Sequence record: SRR22947727_398
DNA length: 64,000 nt
Reading direction: 5' to 3' (one strand)
This document shows, piece after piece, positions 1 through 9,599 of the stretch. The translations under genes were made by a program, and so were the position numbers. Positions within the stretch are counted from its first letter, which is position 1. Every line of letters starts with the position of its first letter. The notes beneath the pieces are model-generated. The model had not been told where the DNA came from, made no database searches, and saw only the letters and a list, made by a program, of their open reading frames with translations.

Positions 1-2
1 CG

Positions 3-740
3 GGTTATTTATTTTTTTCTTACTTGCCCGACTATATTTATGAAATCTCTGAATTAACTCGATATATTATATTGAGTATAGTTATATTTTTAGCTGTACT
101 TTCAAGCTCAAAAATACATTATATAAAGTGGTTAAGTCTATCTTCTACAATACTATTTATAATTCTTTTGTCATCTTTTTGGCTGAACACAAACATTGAT
201 GCAAAAGAGGCTTTTAAGACAACTAGTCTTTTGGCAGGGTATTTTAAAAATCTGCACATGTTCATAACTCCTATAACTGATTATCACGCTTTTTATCTTT
301 TTTGGTGGTTCTCGTGGAGCATTATGATAGGACAATTCGTTTCCAGATTTGTTAATGGCATGAAGACATGGCATTTATTAGTTGCCTTATTGATACTACC
401 CTCTGTTCCAATAGCAATTTGGTTTTCTATTTTATATTATTATCACATAAACGCTATCAATATTTCCTATATAACTAACCTATCAATGGTAATGGTTGGA
501 ATAATATTTGTTATTAATTCTTTAGACTCTCTAATTCGTTTATATACTGAAAATTATAACCTAACACTCAAAAGGCTAGGAGCTAAAAAATACATATTAA
601 CTAATTTTGGTATTCTTTATGGACTTGTGTTGATATACCAAATGACACCTTTTAAAATAGAATGGGTAGGACTTGCCGTTATAGGACTTTACTCATTAAT
701 TTACCCACTTATTCTCTTGAAAAGAAAAAGTCTAAAATGA
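3..740 (+). CDS. BCCT-family (choline/betaine) transporter, 5'-truncated by window edge
   Basis: Frame is open back to the window start; multiple TM segments; '[20 protein letters not shown]' resembles the BCCT aromatic signature (FYWxWWxSWxPxxGxFxAR); stop overlaps the betA start (ATGA). Confidence 0.75.
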   Translation, partial: GYLFFSYLPDYIYEISELTRYIILSIVIFLAVLSSSKIHYIKWLSLSSTILFIILLSSFWLNTNIDAKEAFKTTSLLAGYFKNLHMFITPITDYHAFYLFWWFSWSIMIGQFVSRFVNGMKTWHLLVALLILPSVPIAIWFSILYYYHINAINISYITNLSMVMVGIIFVINSLDSLIRLYTENYNLTLKRLGAKKYILTNFGILYGLVLIYQMTPFKIEWVGLAVIGLYSLIYPLILLKRKSLK

Positions 741-2416
741 TTATATATGATTATATCATCATAGGTGCGGGGTCCGCAGGGTGCGTCCTAGCCAACCGGC
801 TTACAGAAAGTGGAAAAAACAAAGTCTTACTTATTGAAGCAGGCGGTAGTGACAAACACATTCTTATCCAAATGCCAACTGCTTTATCTTATCCAATGAG
901 TATGAAACGCTATAACTGGGGATACTCAAGTGAATGCGAAAAATACATTAACCATAGACGTATAAATTGCCCTAGAGGAAAAGGATTGGGCGGATCATCA
1001 TCTATAAACGGAATGGTTTATGTCCGTGGACACCCAAATGATTTCGATAGATGGGAGACATTAGGAGCTAAAGGCTGGAATTACTCTTGCTGTATTCCAT
1101 ATTTTATACGTGCTGAAAATTGGCAGGGTGAAAAAAGTGATTATAGAGGGTCAGGAGGCCCATTAAACGTAAATTGTGGTAATGAGATGCAAAAAAATCC
1201 ACTTTATGAAGCTTTTATACAAGCGGGTGTAGAAGCCGGGTATTCTAAAACAAAAGATTACAATGGTTACAAACAAGAAGGTTTTGGGCCAATGCAGATG
1301 ACAGTCATTAAAGGAGTAAGAGCCTCATCCTCTAAATGCTATTTATGGCCAATTAAACAACGACCAAATCTAACAATTTTAATGAATAGTTTAGTTGATA
1401 AAATCATTTTCAAAAATAAAGATGCAGTTAAAGTTTCTGTTATACATAAAGGTGAAAACCATTTATACGAAGCTAATAAAGAGATTATTTTATCGGCTGG
1501 GGCAATCGGTTCTCCTGCAATTCTGCAACGTTCTGGAGTTGGAAATTCAATAGAATTAAAAAAAATTGGTATCCCAGAAGTTCATGAGCTAAAGGGTGTC
1601 GGTGAAAACCTAATGGATCATTTAGAGATTTATTTTCAATTCAAATGTAAAAAAGAAATTACTTTAAACTCAAAACTTAATTTTTTTAATAAAATACTAA
1701 TAGGGGTGAGGTGGCTTTTATTTAAAACAGGCTTAGGAGCAACCAACCACTTTGAGAGCTGTGGTTTTATAAGGTCTGATAAAAATATAAAATATCCAAA
1801 CATACAGTATCATTTTTTGCCTGCAGCAATACGATACGATGGTACTGCAGCTGTAAAGGGACATGGTTTTCAAGTACATGTTGGTCCAAACAAACCTTTA
1901 AGTAGAGGAACAGTTAAAATAACCTCAAAGAATCCAAATGCACCGCCAAGTATTTTATTTAACTATTTAAAACATCCTGAGGATATCAAAATTTGGCGAA
2001 AATGTATACGTCTTACTAGGGAGATAATATCCCAACCAGCCCTAGATCATTATCGCGATGAAGAAATTCAACCAGGAATAAGTATTACTTCAGATGAAGA
2101 CATAGATGAATGGGTGATTAACAATGTCGAAAGTGCGTATCACCCCTGTGGAACATGTAAAATGGGGGATAAAGATGATAAAATGGCTGTAGTTGACACT
2201 GATTGCCGCCTGATAGGCCTTAACGGTATTAGAGTTGTAGACTCGTCTATATTTCCTGAAATTACAAATGGAAACTTAAATGCTCCGACAATTATGGCCG
2301 CAGAGAAGATAGCAGATAAAATTCTTGGGCAATCAATAAAACCCATTAGTCTTGATACTTGGGTGGACTCAAGGTGGAAGACTAAGCAGAGAATTAAAAA
2401 AGCCATTCGCCAATAA
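737..2416 (+). CDS. betA: Choline dehydrogenase (GMC oxidoreductase)
   Basis: [22 protein letters not shown] motif, [50 protein letters not shown]; likely start ATG 737 overlapping the BCCT stop rather than 662. Confidence 0.93.
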   Translation: MIIYDYIIIGAGSAGCVLANRLTESGKNKVLLIEAGGSDKHILIQMPTALSYPMSMKRYNWGYSSECEKYINHRRINCPRGKGLGGSSSINGMVYVRGHPNDFDRWETLGAKGWNYSCCIPYFIRAENWQGEKSDYRGSGGPLNVNCGNEMQKNPLYEAFIQAGVEAGYSKTKDYNGYKQEGFGPMQMTVIKGVRASSSKCYLWPIKQRPNLTILMNSLVDKIIFKNKDAVKVSVIHKGENHLYEANKEIILSAGAIGSPAILQRSGVGNSIELKKIGIPEVHELKGVGENLMDHLEIYFQFKCKKEITLNSKLNFFNKILIGVRWLLFKTGLGATNHFESCGFIRSDKNIKYPNIQYHFLPAAIRYDGTAAVKGHGFQVHVGPNKPLSRGTVKITSKNPNAPPSILFNYLKHPEDIKIWRKCIRLTREIISQPALDHYRDEEIQPGISITSDEDIDEWVINNVESAYHPCGTCKMGDKDDKMAVVDTDCRLIGLNGIRVVDSSIFPEITNGNLNAPTIMAAEKIADKILGQSIKPISLDTWVDSRWKTKQRIKKAIRQ

Positions 2417-2449
2417 TAAATAAAAATATAATTATTCAAGGTAATTACA

Positions 2450-3274
2450 ATGAAAGCTATATTCGAAAAAAAAATGTTTGGTGGTATACAAAAGGTCTAT
2501 GAACACTATTCAGATATTTGTAAGTGCTCGATGAAATTAGCAGTTTATATTCCAAAAAGCACTAAAAATTTATCATCACTGTTCTGGCTTTCAGGTCTTA
2601 CCTGCAGTGAAGAAAACTTTATTACAAAATCTGGGGCTCAGCGCATGGCTAATGAATTAGGCATCATAATTATTACACCTGATACATCACCTAGGGGAGA
2701 AAATATACCCGACTTAAAAGATCAATATGATTTTGGTAAAGGGGCAGGTTTTTATCTCGATGCGACAAAAATTCCATGGAAAAAGAATTATAAAATGGAA
2801 TCATATGTTACCACGGAACTAATAAGTTTTCTCGAAATAAACATACCGCAATTTAACAAATCTAAAGTTGGAATTTCAGGTCATTCCATGGGTGGGCATG
2901 GAGCATTAACATTACACCTCAAAAATCCTAATTTATTTAGGACTTGCTCTGCATTTTCACCAATAGTTAACCCCTCACAGGTACCTTGGGGTCAAAAAGC
3001 CTTTAAAGGTTATTTATCCAGCGAAGAAGAATGGAGCAACTACGACGCAACAATGTTGGTTGAGAAGTCTCCATCAAAAGCAAATATACTTATAGACCAA
3101 GGTTTATCTGACGAATTCTTAGGCAGTCAGCTCAAGCCCCTTATATTTAAAAATGCATGTGAAAAATCAAATCAAAAGTTAACCCTTCGAATGCAAGAAG
3201 GGTATGATCATAGTTATTACTTTATTGCTTCATTTATAGACGAACACTTAAGTTGGCACCATAACGAAATATAG
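2450..3274 (+). CDS. fghA: S-formylglutathione hydrolase
   Basis: FWLSGLTC, PDTSPRG, GAGFYLDAT, GHSMGGHGAL nucleophile motif, GYDHSYYFIASF. Confidence 0.92.
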   Translation: MKAIFEKKMFGGIQKVYEHYSDICKCSMKLAVYIPKSTKNLSSLFWLSGLTCSEENFITKSGAQRMANELGIIIITPDTSPRGENIPDLKDQYDFGKGAGFYLDATKIPWKKNYKMESYVTTELISFLEINIPQFNKSKVGISGHSMGGHGALTLHLKNPNLFRTCSAFSPIVNPSQVPWGQKAFKGYLSSEEEWSNYDATMLVEKSPSKANILIDQGLSDEFLGSQLKPLIFKNACEKSNQKLTLRMQEGYDHSYYFIASFIDEHLSWHHNEI

Positions 3275-3303
3275 ATATAGCATTCAGGTAAGTATATATA
3301 ATT

Positions 3304-4398
3304 TTAAAAAAGAGTGGATAAGGCCTTTCCGTCATAATCTTTCAGCTCATCCGTTCGACCTTCTTTTATTTTTTTAACCCATTCAGGATCTTGTAAAAGA
3401 GCTCTGCCCACAGCAATTAAATCAAACTCTTTTCTGTCCATCATTTCATAAAGTTTGTCTAAAGGGGCCGCTTTAGAACTCTGCCCTGCAAAAGCTCCAA
3501 AAAAATCACCATTTAGCCCCACAGAACCAACAGATATTGTAGGTAAGCCAGTTAATTTTTTTGCCCAACCAGCTAGATTTAAATTTGAATTTTCAAATTC
3601 AGGTTCCCAAAATCTTCGTTGGGAACAATGAAGCATATCAACTCCTGCATCTACAAAAACCTTTAAAAATGACTCCATTTCTTGTGGAGTCTCAACCAAT
3701 CGAGCTGTATATTCTTGTTGTTTCCATTGCGACCATCGCAAAATTATCGGCATATCACAACCTATTTCCTTGCGACACTCCCTGATTACATCAGCAGCAA
3801 ATTTTGCACGTTCAATAAAGCCACCACCATACTTTCCTTCGCGTTTATTCATAACACCCCAGAAAAACTGATCTATCAAATATCCGTGAGCACCATGAAT
3901 TTCGATAGCATCAAATCCTAATTTTTTTGCATCTCGAGCAGATCTTGCATAAGAGGAGACCATGTCGGCTACTTCCTCATCTGAGGGTGCAGGCATTATA
4001 GATTTTCCAGAATGAGTTATCCCTGAAGGACCATCAGTTTGGGCTTCTGGGTTATGTCCAGTACCTGGTTTACGTATCATACCAACATGCCAAAGCTGCG
4101 GAGCGATTTTACCTCCAGCTTGATGAGTGCTAGTTACTACATTATTCCACCCATTAAGTGCAGTTTTTCCATGAAACATAGGGTAATTATTATTATCAGA
4201 TGAACCTGGTCGATCTGTAACCGTGCCCTCTGTAATTATTAATCCTACATTAGCGGCAGCACGACGAGCATAATACTTAGCAACATCATCACCAGGAACA
4301 CCATTAGGAGAAAAAGTTCTCGTCATAGGTGCCATTACAAATCTATTTTCTAATGTTAAATTTTTGCAAGTGAATTTTTCAAAGAGCAAAGAAGACAT
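3304..4398 (-). CDS. NADH:flavin oxidoreductase (old yellow enzyme family)
   Basis: NRFVMAPMTR, PQLWHVG, IEIHGAHGYLIDQF, AVGRALL; AAAGGA SD before ATG 4398. Confidence 0.9.
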   Translation of the reverse strand: MSSLLFEKFTCKNLTLENRFVMAPMTRTFSPNGVPGDDVAKYYARRAAANVGLIITEGTVTDRPGSSDNNNYPMFHGKTALNGWNNVVTSTHQAGGKIAPQLWHVGMIRKPGTGHNPEAQTDGPSGITHSGKSIMPAPSDEEVADMVSSYARSARDAKKLGFDAIEIHGAHGYLIDQFFWGVMNKREGKYGGGFIERAKFAADVIRECRKEIGCDMPIILRWSQWKQQEYTARLVETPQEMESFLKVFVDAGVDMLHCSQRRFWEPEFENSNLNLAGWAKKLTGLPTISVGSVGLNGDFFGAFAGQSSKAAPLDKLYEMMDRKEFDLIAVGRALLQDPEWVKKIKEGRTDELKDYDGKALSTLF

Positions 4399-4484
4399 CA
4401 ATAATCCTTTAATGAATAATTTATAATAGTATTAAATAATACAAAGAAAGTTTTTAATAGAGGTATTATCTATAATCTCAACAA

Positions 4485-5429
4485 CTAAAATGCTTTACGA
4501 AAAGCCCTGATAAAACTTTCTAAATCATCGTTATGAAGAAAATTTATTCCTGCTGCAGCTGGCCGTCCACCACCACTTACAAACTGAATTGCAAGCTCAT
4601 CAGAACCGACTCCTAATGAAATAGGCGCACGGATAGAAACCATATAACCATTATCTTTATGGGTCAAAATTGCATGAGCCATACTAGGGTATTTTTGCGA
4701 CAATACATTTCCAAACACCCCTGATATTCGACGAGATCCTGCACTATTTTCTAAAATTAAAATTTTTCCTAATTTGGTCAAATCTAGGGTTTTCGATTTT
4801 TCAGCAAGTAACATGTCTTGATTATATTGCTCTTCAAGTGAGTCTATTATTGCTCCATTATCTTTCAAAAAGAGCATTGGGTTCTCATAATTCAATAATA
4901 TAGAGTACAACTCAGATGGCTCATAGAGTAAATCGCTTAGTGAAGACCCATAAGAATTATAATTTATAAGCCTACCTAATCTTTGTAAACTTTCCAAAGG
5001 CAAATCATACCCTACAGACTTTCGCCACGCTAATTTCGGAAAATTATCTCCAAATGCTGCAGTTACTGCCCATGCTCTATAGGCGCCATCAAGGTATGCA
5101 TCGACTAGCATTGCTGTACACATTTCAGGGGATGTATTAATTATTGCCTCTAAGTTATCATATACTGGAATTTCTCCCGAATTATGGTGATCTATATACA
5201 GTACCCTGGCGCCATTCTGTAATATTCGAACTAAATCTTTTTTATTTGAACGCATTGAAATATCTAATACCACTACATTATCGTTCGCCCCTGCATCAAC
5301 TCGAGATAGTAGGTTTATATCTCGCTTGTAACCTGTAACTAGGGTCGAGGGTGTAGGGGAAGCAAGTCTCAACTGAAGCAAAGATAATATTCCGTCCGCA
5401 TCCCCATTAAATACATCAAAATTAGCCAT
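4485..5429 (-). CDS. DHH/DHHA1-family phosphoesterase (candidate pAp phosphatase)
   Basis: N-terminal DxDG (NGDADG), VLD, YIDHH, and C-terminal SIR...GGGRPAAAG (DHHA1-like GGGHxxAAG); start overlaps the cysNC stop (TAATG). Confidence 0.75.
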   Translation of the reverse strand: MANFDVFNGDADGILSLLQLRLASPTPSTLVTGYKRDINLLSRVDAGANDNVVVLDISMRSNKKDLVRILQNGARVLYIDHHNSGEIPVYDNLEAIINTSPEMCTAMLVDAYLDGAYRAWAVTAAFGDNFPKLAWRKSVGYDLPLESLQRLGRLINYNSYGSSLSDLLYEPSELYSILLNYENPMLFLKDNGAIIDSLEEQYNQDMLLAEKSKTLDLTKLGKILILENSAGSRRISGVFGNVLSQKYPSMAHAILTHKDNGYMVSIRAPISLGVGSDELAIQFVSGGGRPAAAGINFLHNDDLESFIRAFRKAF

Positions 5430-7342
5430 TACAAATTATAACCTGAAAGATACCCATTGTCTTTTAAATAACTCAGAATAATTTCTGAGGCTTGGTTAGC
5501 TGAAACTTTAGTGGTATCAATTTCAATTTCTGGGTTTTCTGGATTTTCATATTCACTATCGATACCTGTAAAATTTTTAATCTCACCTGCACGGGCTTTA
5601 GCATATAGCCCCTTAACGTCGCGTGATTCAGCTACATCTAAGGGTGTGTTTATAAAAATTTCAATAAAAAACTTATCTCCTAATAGGTTTCTAGCCATTT
5701 TTCGTTCTGCTTTATAAGGTGATATAAATGATGCTATTGTTATTAAACCGGCATCAACCATTAATGATGCAACTTCGCTTACTCTTCGAATATTTTCAAC
5801 TCGGTCTACCTTAGTAAACCCTAAATCTCGATTAAGACCATGCCTTAAATTATCACCATCAAGAATATATGTATGTCGGTTTAAATCAAGCAATCGTTTT
5901 TCTAGTAAATTTGCAATAGTGGATTTTCCTGAACCAGAAAGACCTGTAAACCAAAGTAAGGCTGGATTCTGATTTTTTTGTTTAGCCCTAATTAATTTAT
6001 TCACTTCTAATTCCTGCCAAACAACATTACTGGCTCTTCGAAGTGCAAAGTCCAACATGCCAACCCCTACGGTTTCATTGGTTTGACGATCAATAATTAT
6101 TAAGCTGCCTGTTTTACGATTATCCGAATAAGCATCGAAGGCAATCGGCGCTGACAAAACCAATGTTGCAACTCCTATTTCATTTAATGCCAATGTTTTA
6201 GCGGCTACTTCTGAAAAATCATTGATATCGATTTTATATTTTAAATTAGATACACTAGCTAGGACCGTATTATTAGCTGTCTTGAGTAAGTATTGTCGCC
6301 CGGGAAACAACTCTTTTTCATTCATCCACAAAATATGGGCCTGGAATTGATCAGCCTGTGCTATTGGACTATTACCTGAAGAAATAATATCTCCACGTGA
6401 GATATCAATCTGATCTTTCAGTGTCAAAGTGATCGCCATACCCTCTCGCGCGGTCTTCAGATTGCCAGCATGAGTAACAATTTCTTTTACATTTGAGCGC
6501 TTCCCAGAAGAACTCACAATAATACTATCTCCTAAATTAATAACACCGGAAGCAATGGTGCCTGAAAAACCTCTAAAATCTAGATTTGGCCTATTTACCC
6601 ATTGCACAGGAAAGCGAAAAGGTAATTCAAGAGTATTCTTTTCAACGTCAACATGCTCAAGAAAATGAAGCAGGCTAGGCCCTTTATACCATCGTGATCG
6701 GTCCGAAAGGGTTATTACATTATCACCTTCAAGGGCAGAGATAGGAATAAAAGTAATATCGGAAAACCCAAGATTTTTAGCAAATTTTCGAAAATTAACT
6801 TCAATAGCATTGAAAATACTTTGATCAAAGTCGATTAAATCCATTTTATTGATTGCCACTACAACTTGCTTCACTCCAAGCAATGAAACAATATAAGCAT
6901 GTCGACGGGACTGTTCCTGCACGCCATAACGGGCGTCAATCAATAGAACTGCCACGTCAGAGGTTGATGCTCCCGTTGCCATGTTACGCGTATACTGAAC
7001 ATGGCCCGGAGTATCAGCCACAATAAACTTTCGCTTATTAGTTGAAAAGAACTGATAAGCCACATCAATAGTAATACCTTGCTCTCGTTCAGCAGCTAGG
7101 CCGTCTACTAGAAGTGCCAAATCGACTGCATCACCCTGAGTTCCTGACTTTTTACTTTCTTTCTTGATACTTACCAGTTGGTCCTCATAAATCAGTTTTG
7201 AGTCATATAGTAGCCGACCAATCAATGTGGACTTACCATCATCAACCGATCCGCATGTTATAAAGCGAAGAAAACTCTTATTCTCCTGAGCATTCAAATA
7301 AGCGGAAATATCGGTCTCTATCAAATCATCACGGTATGACAT
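5429..7342 (-). CDS. cysNC: Bifunctional sulfate adenylyltransferase subunit 1 / adenylylsulfate kinase (CysN/CysC, NodQ-like)
   Basis: CGSVDDGKSTLIGRLL, EREQGITIDVAY, ADTPGH, NKMD GTPase motifs plus C-terminal WFTGLSGSGKST, LDGDNLRHGL, RDVKGLY APS kinase motifs. Confidence 0.96.
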   Translation of the reverse strand: MSYRDDLIETDISAYLNAQENKSFLRFITCGSVDDGKSTLIGRLLYDSKLIYEDQLVSIKKESKKSGTQGDAVDLALLVDGLAAEREQGITIDVAYQFFSTNKRKFIVADTPGHVQYTRNMATGASTSDVAVLLIDARYGVQEQSRRHAYIVSLLGVKQVVVAINKMDLIDFDQSIFNAIEVNFRKFAKNLGFSDITFIPISALEGDNVITLSDRSRWYKGPSLLHFLEHVDVEKNTLELPFRFPVQWVNRPNLDFRGFSGTIASGVINLGDSIIVSSSGKRSNVKEIVTHAGNLKTAREGMAITLTLKDQIDISRGDIISSGNSPIAQADQFQAHILWMNEKELFPGRQYLLKTANNTVLASVSNLKYKIDINDFSEVAAKTLALNEIGVATLVLSAPIAFDAYSDNRKTGSLIIIDRQTNETVGVGMLDFALRRASNVVWQELEVNKLIRAKQKNQNPALLWFTGLSGSGKSTIANLLEKRLLDLNRHTYILDGDNLRHGLNRDLGFTKVDRVENIRRVSEVASLMVDAGLITIASFISPYKAERKMARNLLGDKFFIEIFINTPLDVAESRDVKGLYAKARAGEIKNFTGIDSEYENPENPEIEIDTTKVSANQASEIILSYLKDNGYLSGYNL

Positions 7343-8448
7343 TAGAAATAACCTTCCTCTTTTTTCTGCTCCATTGAAGCATCAGAGTCTAAATCGATAA
7401 TCCGGCCCTGCCGCTCAGATGTAGTTGTTAAAAGCATTTCTTGAATAACATCGAGAAGCGTATCAGCTTTGCTTTCAACGGCACCCGTAAGAGGATAGCA
7501 ACCGAGCGTTCTGAAACGCACCATTTTTTCCTTTATTATATCATCGGGCCCTATTGGCATGCGATCGTCATCTACCAAGATTAAGACCCCATCCTTTTCG
7601 ACTACAGGTCGCTTTTTAGACAAATATAAATCAGGAATTTCAATATTTTCCCTGTAGATATATTGCCAAATATCTAATTCAGTCCAATTAGATAAAGGGA
7701 AAGCACGAATACTTTCACCCTTGTTCACACGAGTATTGTATATATCCCAAAGCTCAGGGCGTTGGTTTTTAGCATCCCAGCGATGCTGGGCTGATCGGAA
7801 TGATAGAATTCGTTCCTTTGCTCGTGATTTTTCTTCATCGCGCCTTGCTCCGCCAAAAGCTGCATCAAAATGATATTTATTTAGCGCTTGTTTTAGGGCT
7901 TGAGTTTTCATAATATCAGTATGTATAGCTGAACCATGGGTAAATGGTCCGATATTTTTAGCCAATCCATCAGGATTAATGTGAACGATAAGCTCCATCC
8001 CAACTTCCTTAGCGCGGCGGTCTCGAAATTTAATCATTTCCTTGAACTTCCAGGTCGTATCCACATGCATTAATGGAAAAGGCAGGCGTGATGGATAAAA
8101 GGCTTTTACTGCTAAATGAAGCATAACAGAACTGTCTTTACCAACAGAGTATAGCATCACTGGATTTTCACATTGAGCCACAACCTCACGCATTATATGA
8201 ATAGCTTCAGCCTCTAAGCGTTCTAAATGACTCATATTTAAATTATTTTTTCCGAAAAATTCATTTTCGAATTTATCAAGCCTAGTGAAAGCAGTATTTA
8301 AAGTTTTAAGAGTGCATTGACCACCAGACTTTAAACGCGCAATTCCTTTACCATCATTTAAAAGTTTTCGAGATAAAGTTGATATAGATTGCCCACTAGT
8401 AGCTGCATATGCATCGACACGAACTAAAAATTCTTTAATAGTACTCAT
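7342..8448 (-). CDS. cysD: Sulfate adenylyltransferase subunit 2 with an extra N-terminal Cro-like HTH domain
   Basis: From residue 72: [71 protein letters not shown]; 71 extra in-frame residues precede this with no stop. Confidence 0.95.
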   Translation of the reverse strand: MSTIKEFLVRVDAYAATSGQSISTLSRKLLNDGKGIARLKSGGQCTLKTLNTAFTRLDKFENEFFGKNNLNMSHLERLEAEAIHIMREVVAQCENPVMLYSVGKDSSVMLHLAVKAFYPSRLPFPLMHVDTTWKFKEMIKFRDRRAKEVGMELIVHINPDGLAKNIGPFTHGSAIHTDIMKTQALKQALNKYHFDAAFGGARRDEEKSRAKERILSFRSAQHRWDAKNQRPELWDIYNTRVNKGESIRAFPLSNWTELDIWQYIYRENIEIPDLYLSKKRPVVEKDGVLILVDDDRMPIGPDDIIKEKMVRFRTLGCYPLTGAVESKADTLLDVIQEMLLTTTSERQGRIIDLDSDASMEQKKEEGYF

Positions 8449-8452
8449 AATA

Positions 8453-8468
8453 GTGGGATATATCCCAC
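8453..8468. promoter_or_regulatory. Perfect 16-bp palindrome GTGGGATATATCCCAC, candidate operator overlapping the cysD promoter
   Basis: Exact inverted repeat 4 nt upstream of the cysD ATG (8448); on the minus strand a TTGTAA (8487-8482) lies at about -35 spacing from the palindrome centre. Confidence 0.6.
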
Positions 8469-8663
8469 ATATAAAATAAATTTACAAGAATTAAGTATAA
8501 ATTATTAAAATTATCTTATAAAATAACTAATATTTATAAAATTTATGGGAAATAACAAACAATATTTTAATTTTCGAACTAAATCGCATCTATAGTAAAA
8601 AATCACTTGCCCCAAGAAGCAAGGCCTATTAATCACGCGATTACAACCAAACACAAAGCTTTT

Positions 8664-8750
8664 GCGGGCGTGGTGAAATTGGTAGACACGCAAGACTTAA
8701 AATCTTGTTTCCGTATGGAAGTGCCGGTTCAAGTCCGGCCGCCCGCACCA
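8664..8750 (+). tRNA. tRNA-Leu(TAA)
   Basis: GCGGGCG/CGCCCGC acceptor stem, TGGTAGAC D-loop, CAAGA-CTTAAAA-TCTTG anticodon arm, long variable arm, GGTTCAAGTCC T-arm, encoded ACCA end. Confidence 0.97.
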
Positions 8751-8803
8751 ATAAAAAATTGGTTTATTTTGGAAATTATCTAAAATTTTTTTTTAAGTTT
8801 TTA

Positions 8804-9547
8804 TCACTCCCCTACCCTTTTTAAATCAGTGATCATATCTTCAAGCTTTAATTTAACCTTATTTAATTCTTCAATATCTGGACCTCTTGCTACAAATTGA
8901 ACTCCAATTAATTCTCTATTAAAGTTCGGGTAACTGCCCAATGTTATATTATCAAAGCTTTTTTCTATTATCGAAAGCGGTAAAGCGGCATCACCTTCGC
9001 TTATACCCTCAGCTATCACAACTATTGAATGTAATTTTTTTCCAGTCTCAAGTCTGTCCTGCACATCAATTAGCATTGCACGCATAATTGAAGGTATACC
9101 AGCAAGAGTAAAAACATTATGGACCTGAAAACCTGGTGCTTGACTTACAGGGTTTTTAATCAGACTTGCACCTTTAGGTACTCTTGCCATCTTTAGTCTA
9201 GCTTGATTAAGCTCCGTGTAACTGTATCGTTCCTTAAGCATACATACTGCGTCTTCTCGAATATCAATTGTGAGATTAAAAGCTCGCGCGATAGCATCAG
9301 CAGTTATGTCATCATGCGTAGGCCCTATACCGCCAGTAGTAAAAACATAGGTAAATAGTTTAGAAAATTCCCTAACAGTTCTGACTATAGTATCTTTATG
9401 ATCCTTGATAATTCTAGCTTCTTCGACCCTTATACCGAGCGGCGAAAGCCAGTTAGCAATGTAAGATATATTCGTATCCTGCGTTCGGCCTGATAGTAAT
9501 TCATCACCTATGACAATGATACCAGCAGTTATTATTTTTTTACACAT
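8804..9547 (-). CDS. Molybdopterin-binding/CinA N-terminal domain protein (COG1058-type)
   Basis: IIVIGDELLSGRTQDTN, FTTGGIGPTHDDITADA, AGIPSIMRAM. Confidence 0.85.
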   Translation of the reverse strand: MCKKIITAGIIVIGDELLSGRTQDTNISYIANWLSPLGIRVEEARIIKDHKDTIVRTVREFSKLFTYVFTTGGIGPTHDDITADAIARAFNLTIDIREDAVCMLKERYSYTELNQARLKMARVPKGASLIKNPVSQAPGFQVHNVFTLAGIPSIMRAMLIDVQDRLETGKKLHSIVVIAEGISEGDAALPLSIIEKSFDNITLGSYPNFNRELIGVQFVARGPDIEELNKVKLKLEDMITDLKRVGE

Positions 9548-9599
9548 TATATCACTTTTATTTATAGCTACTTAGTCTGTGTAATGTTATACGTCCGAA

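Noticed and set aside
662-736. Long N-terminal extension of BetA in the ORF track
   Set aside because: It overlaps the BCCT gene; ATG 737 gives the canonical BetA N-terminus and an ATGA coupling.
8511-8693. 60-aa minus-strand ORF upstream of cysD, considered as a remnant regulator
   Set aside because: It overlaps tRNA-Leu and its promoter in antisense, has no recognisable motifs, and is probably spurious.
8664-8803. tRNA-Leu as an integration site for a prophage or island explaining the Cro-like domain
   Set aside because: No integrase, no duplicated tRNA 3' end that I could see, no other phage genes, and the cys module lies on the 5' side of the tRNA.
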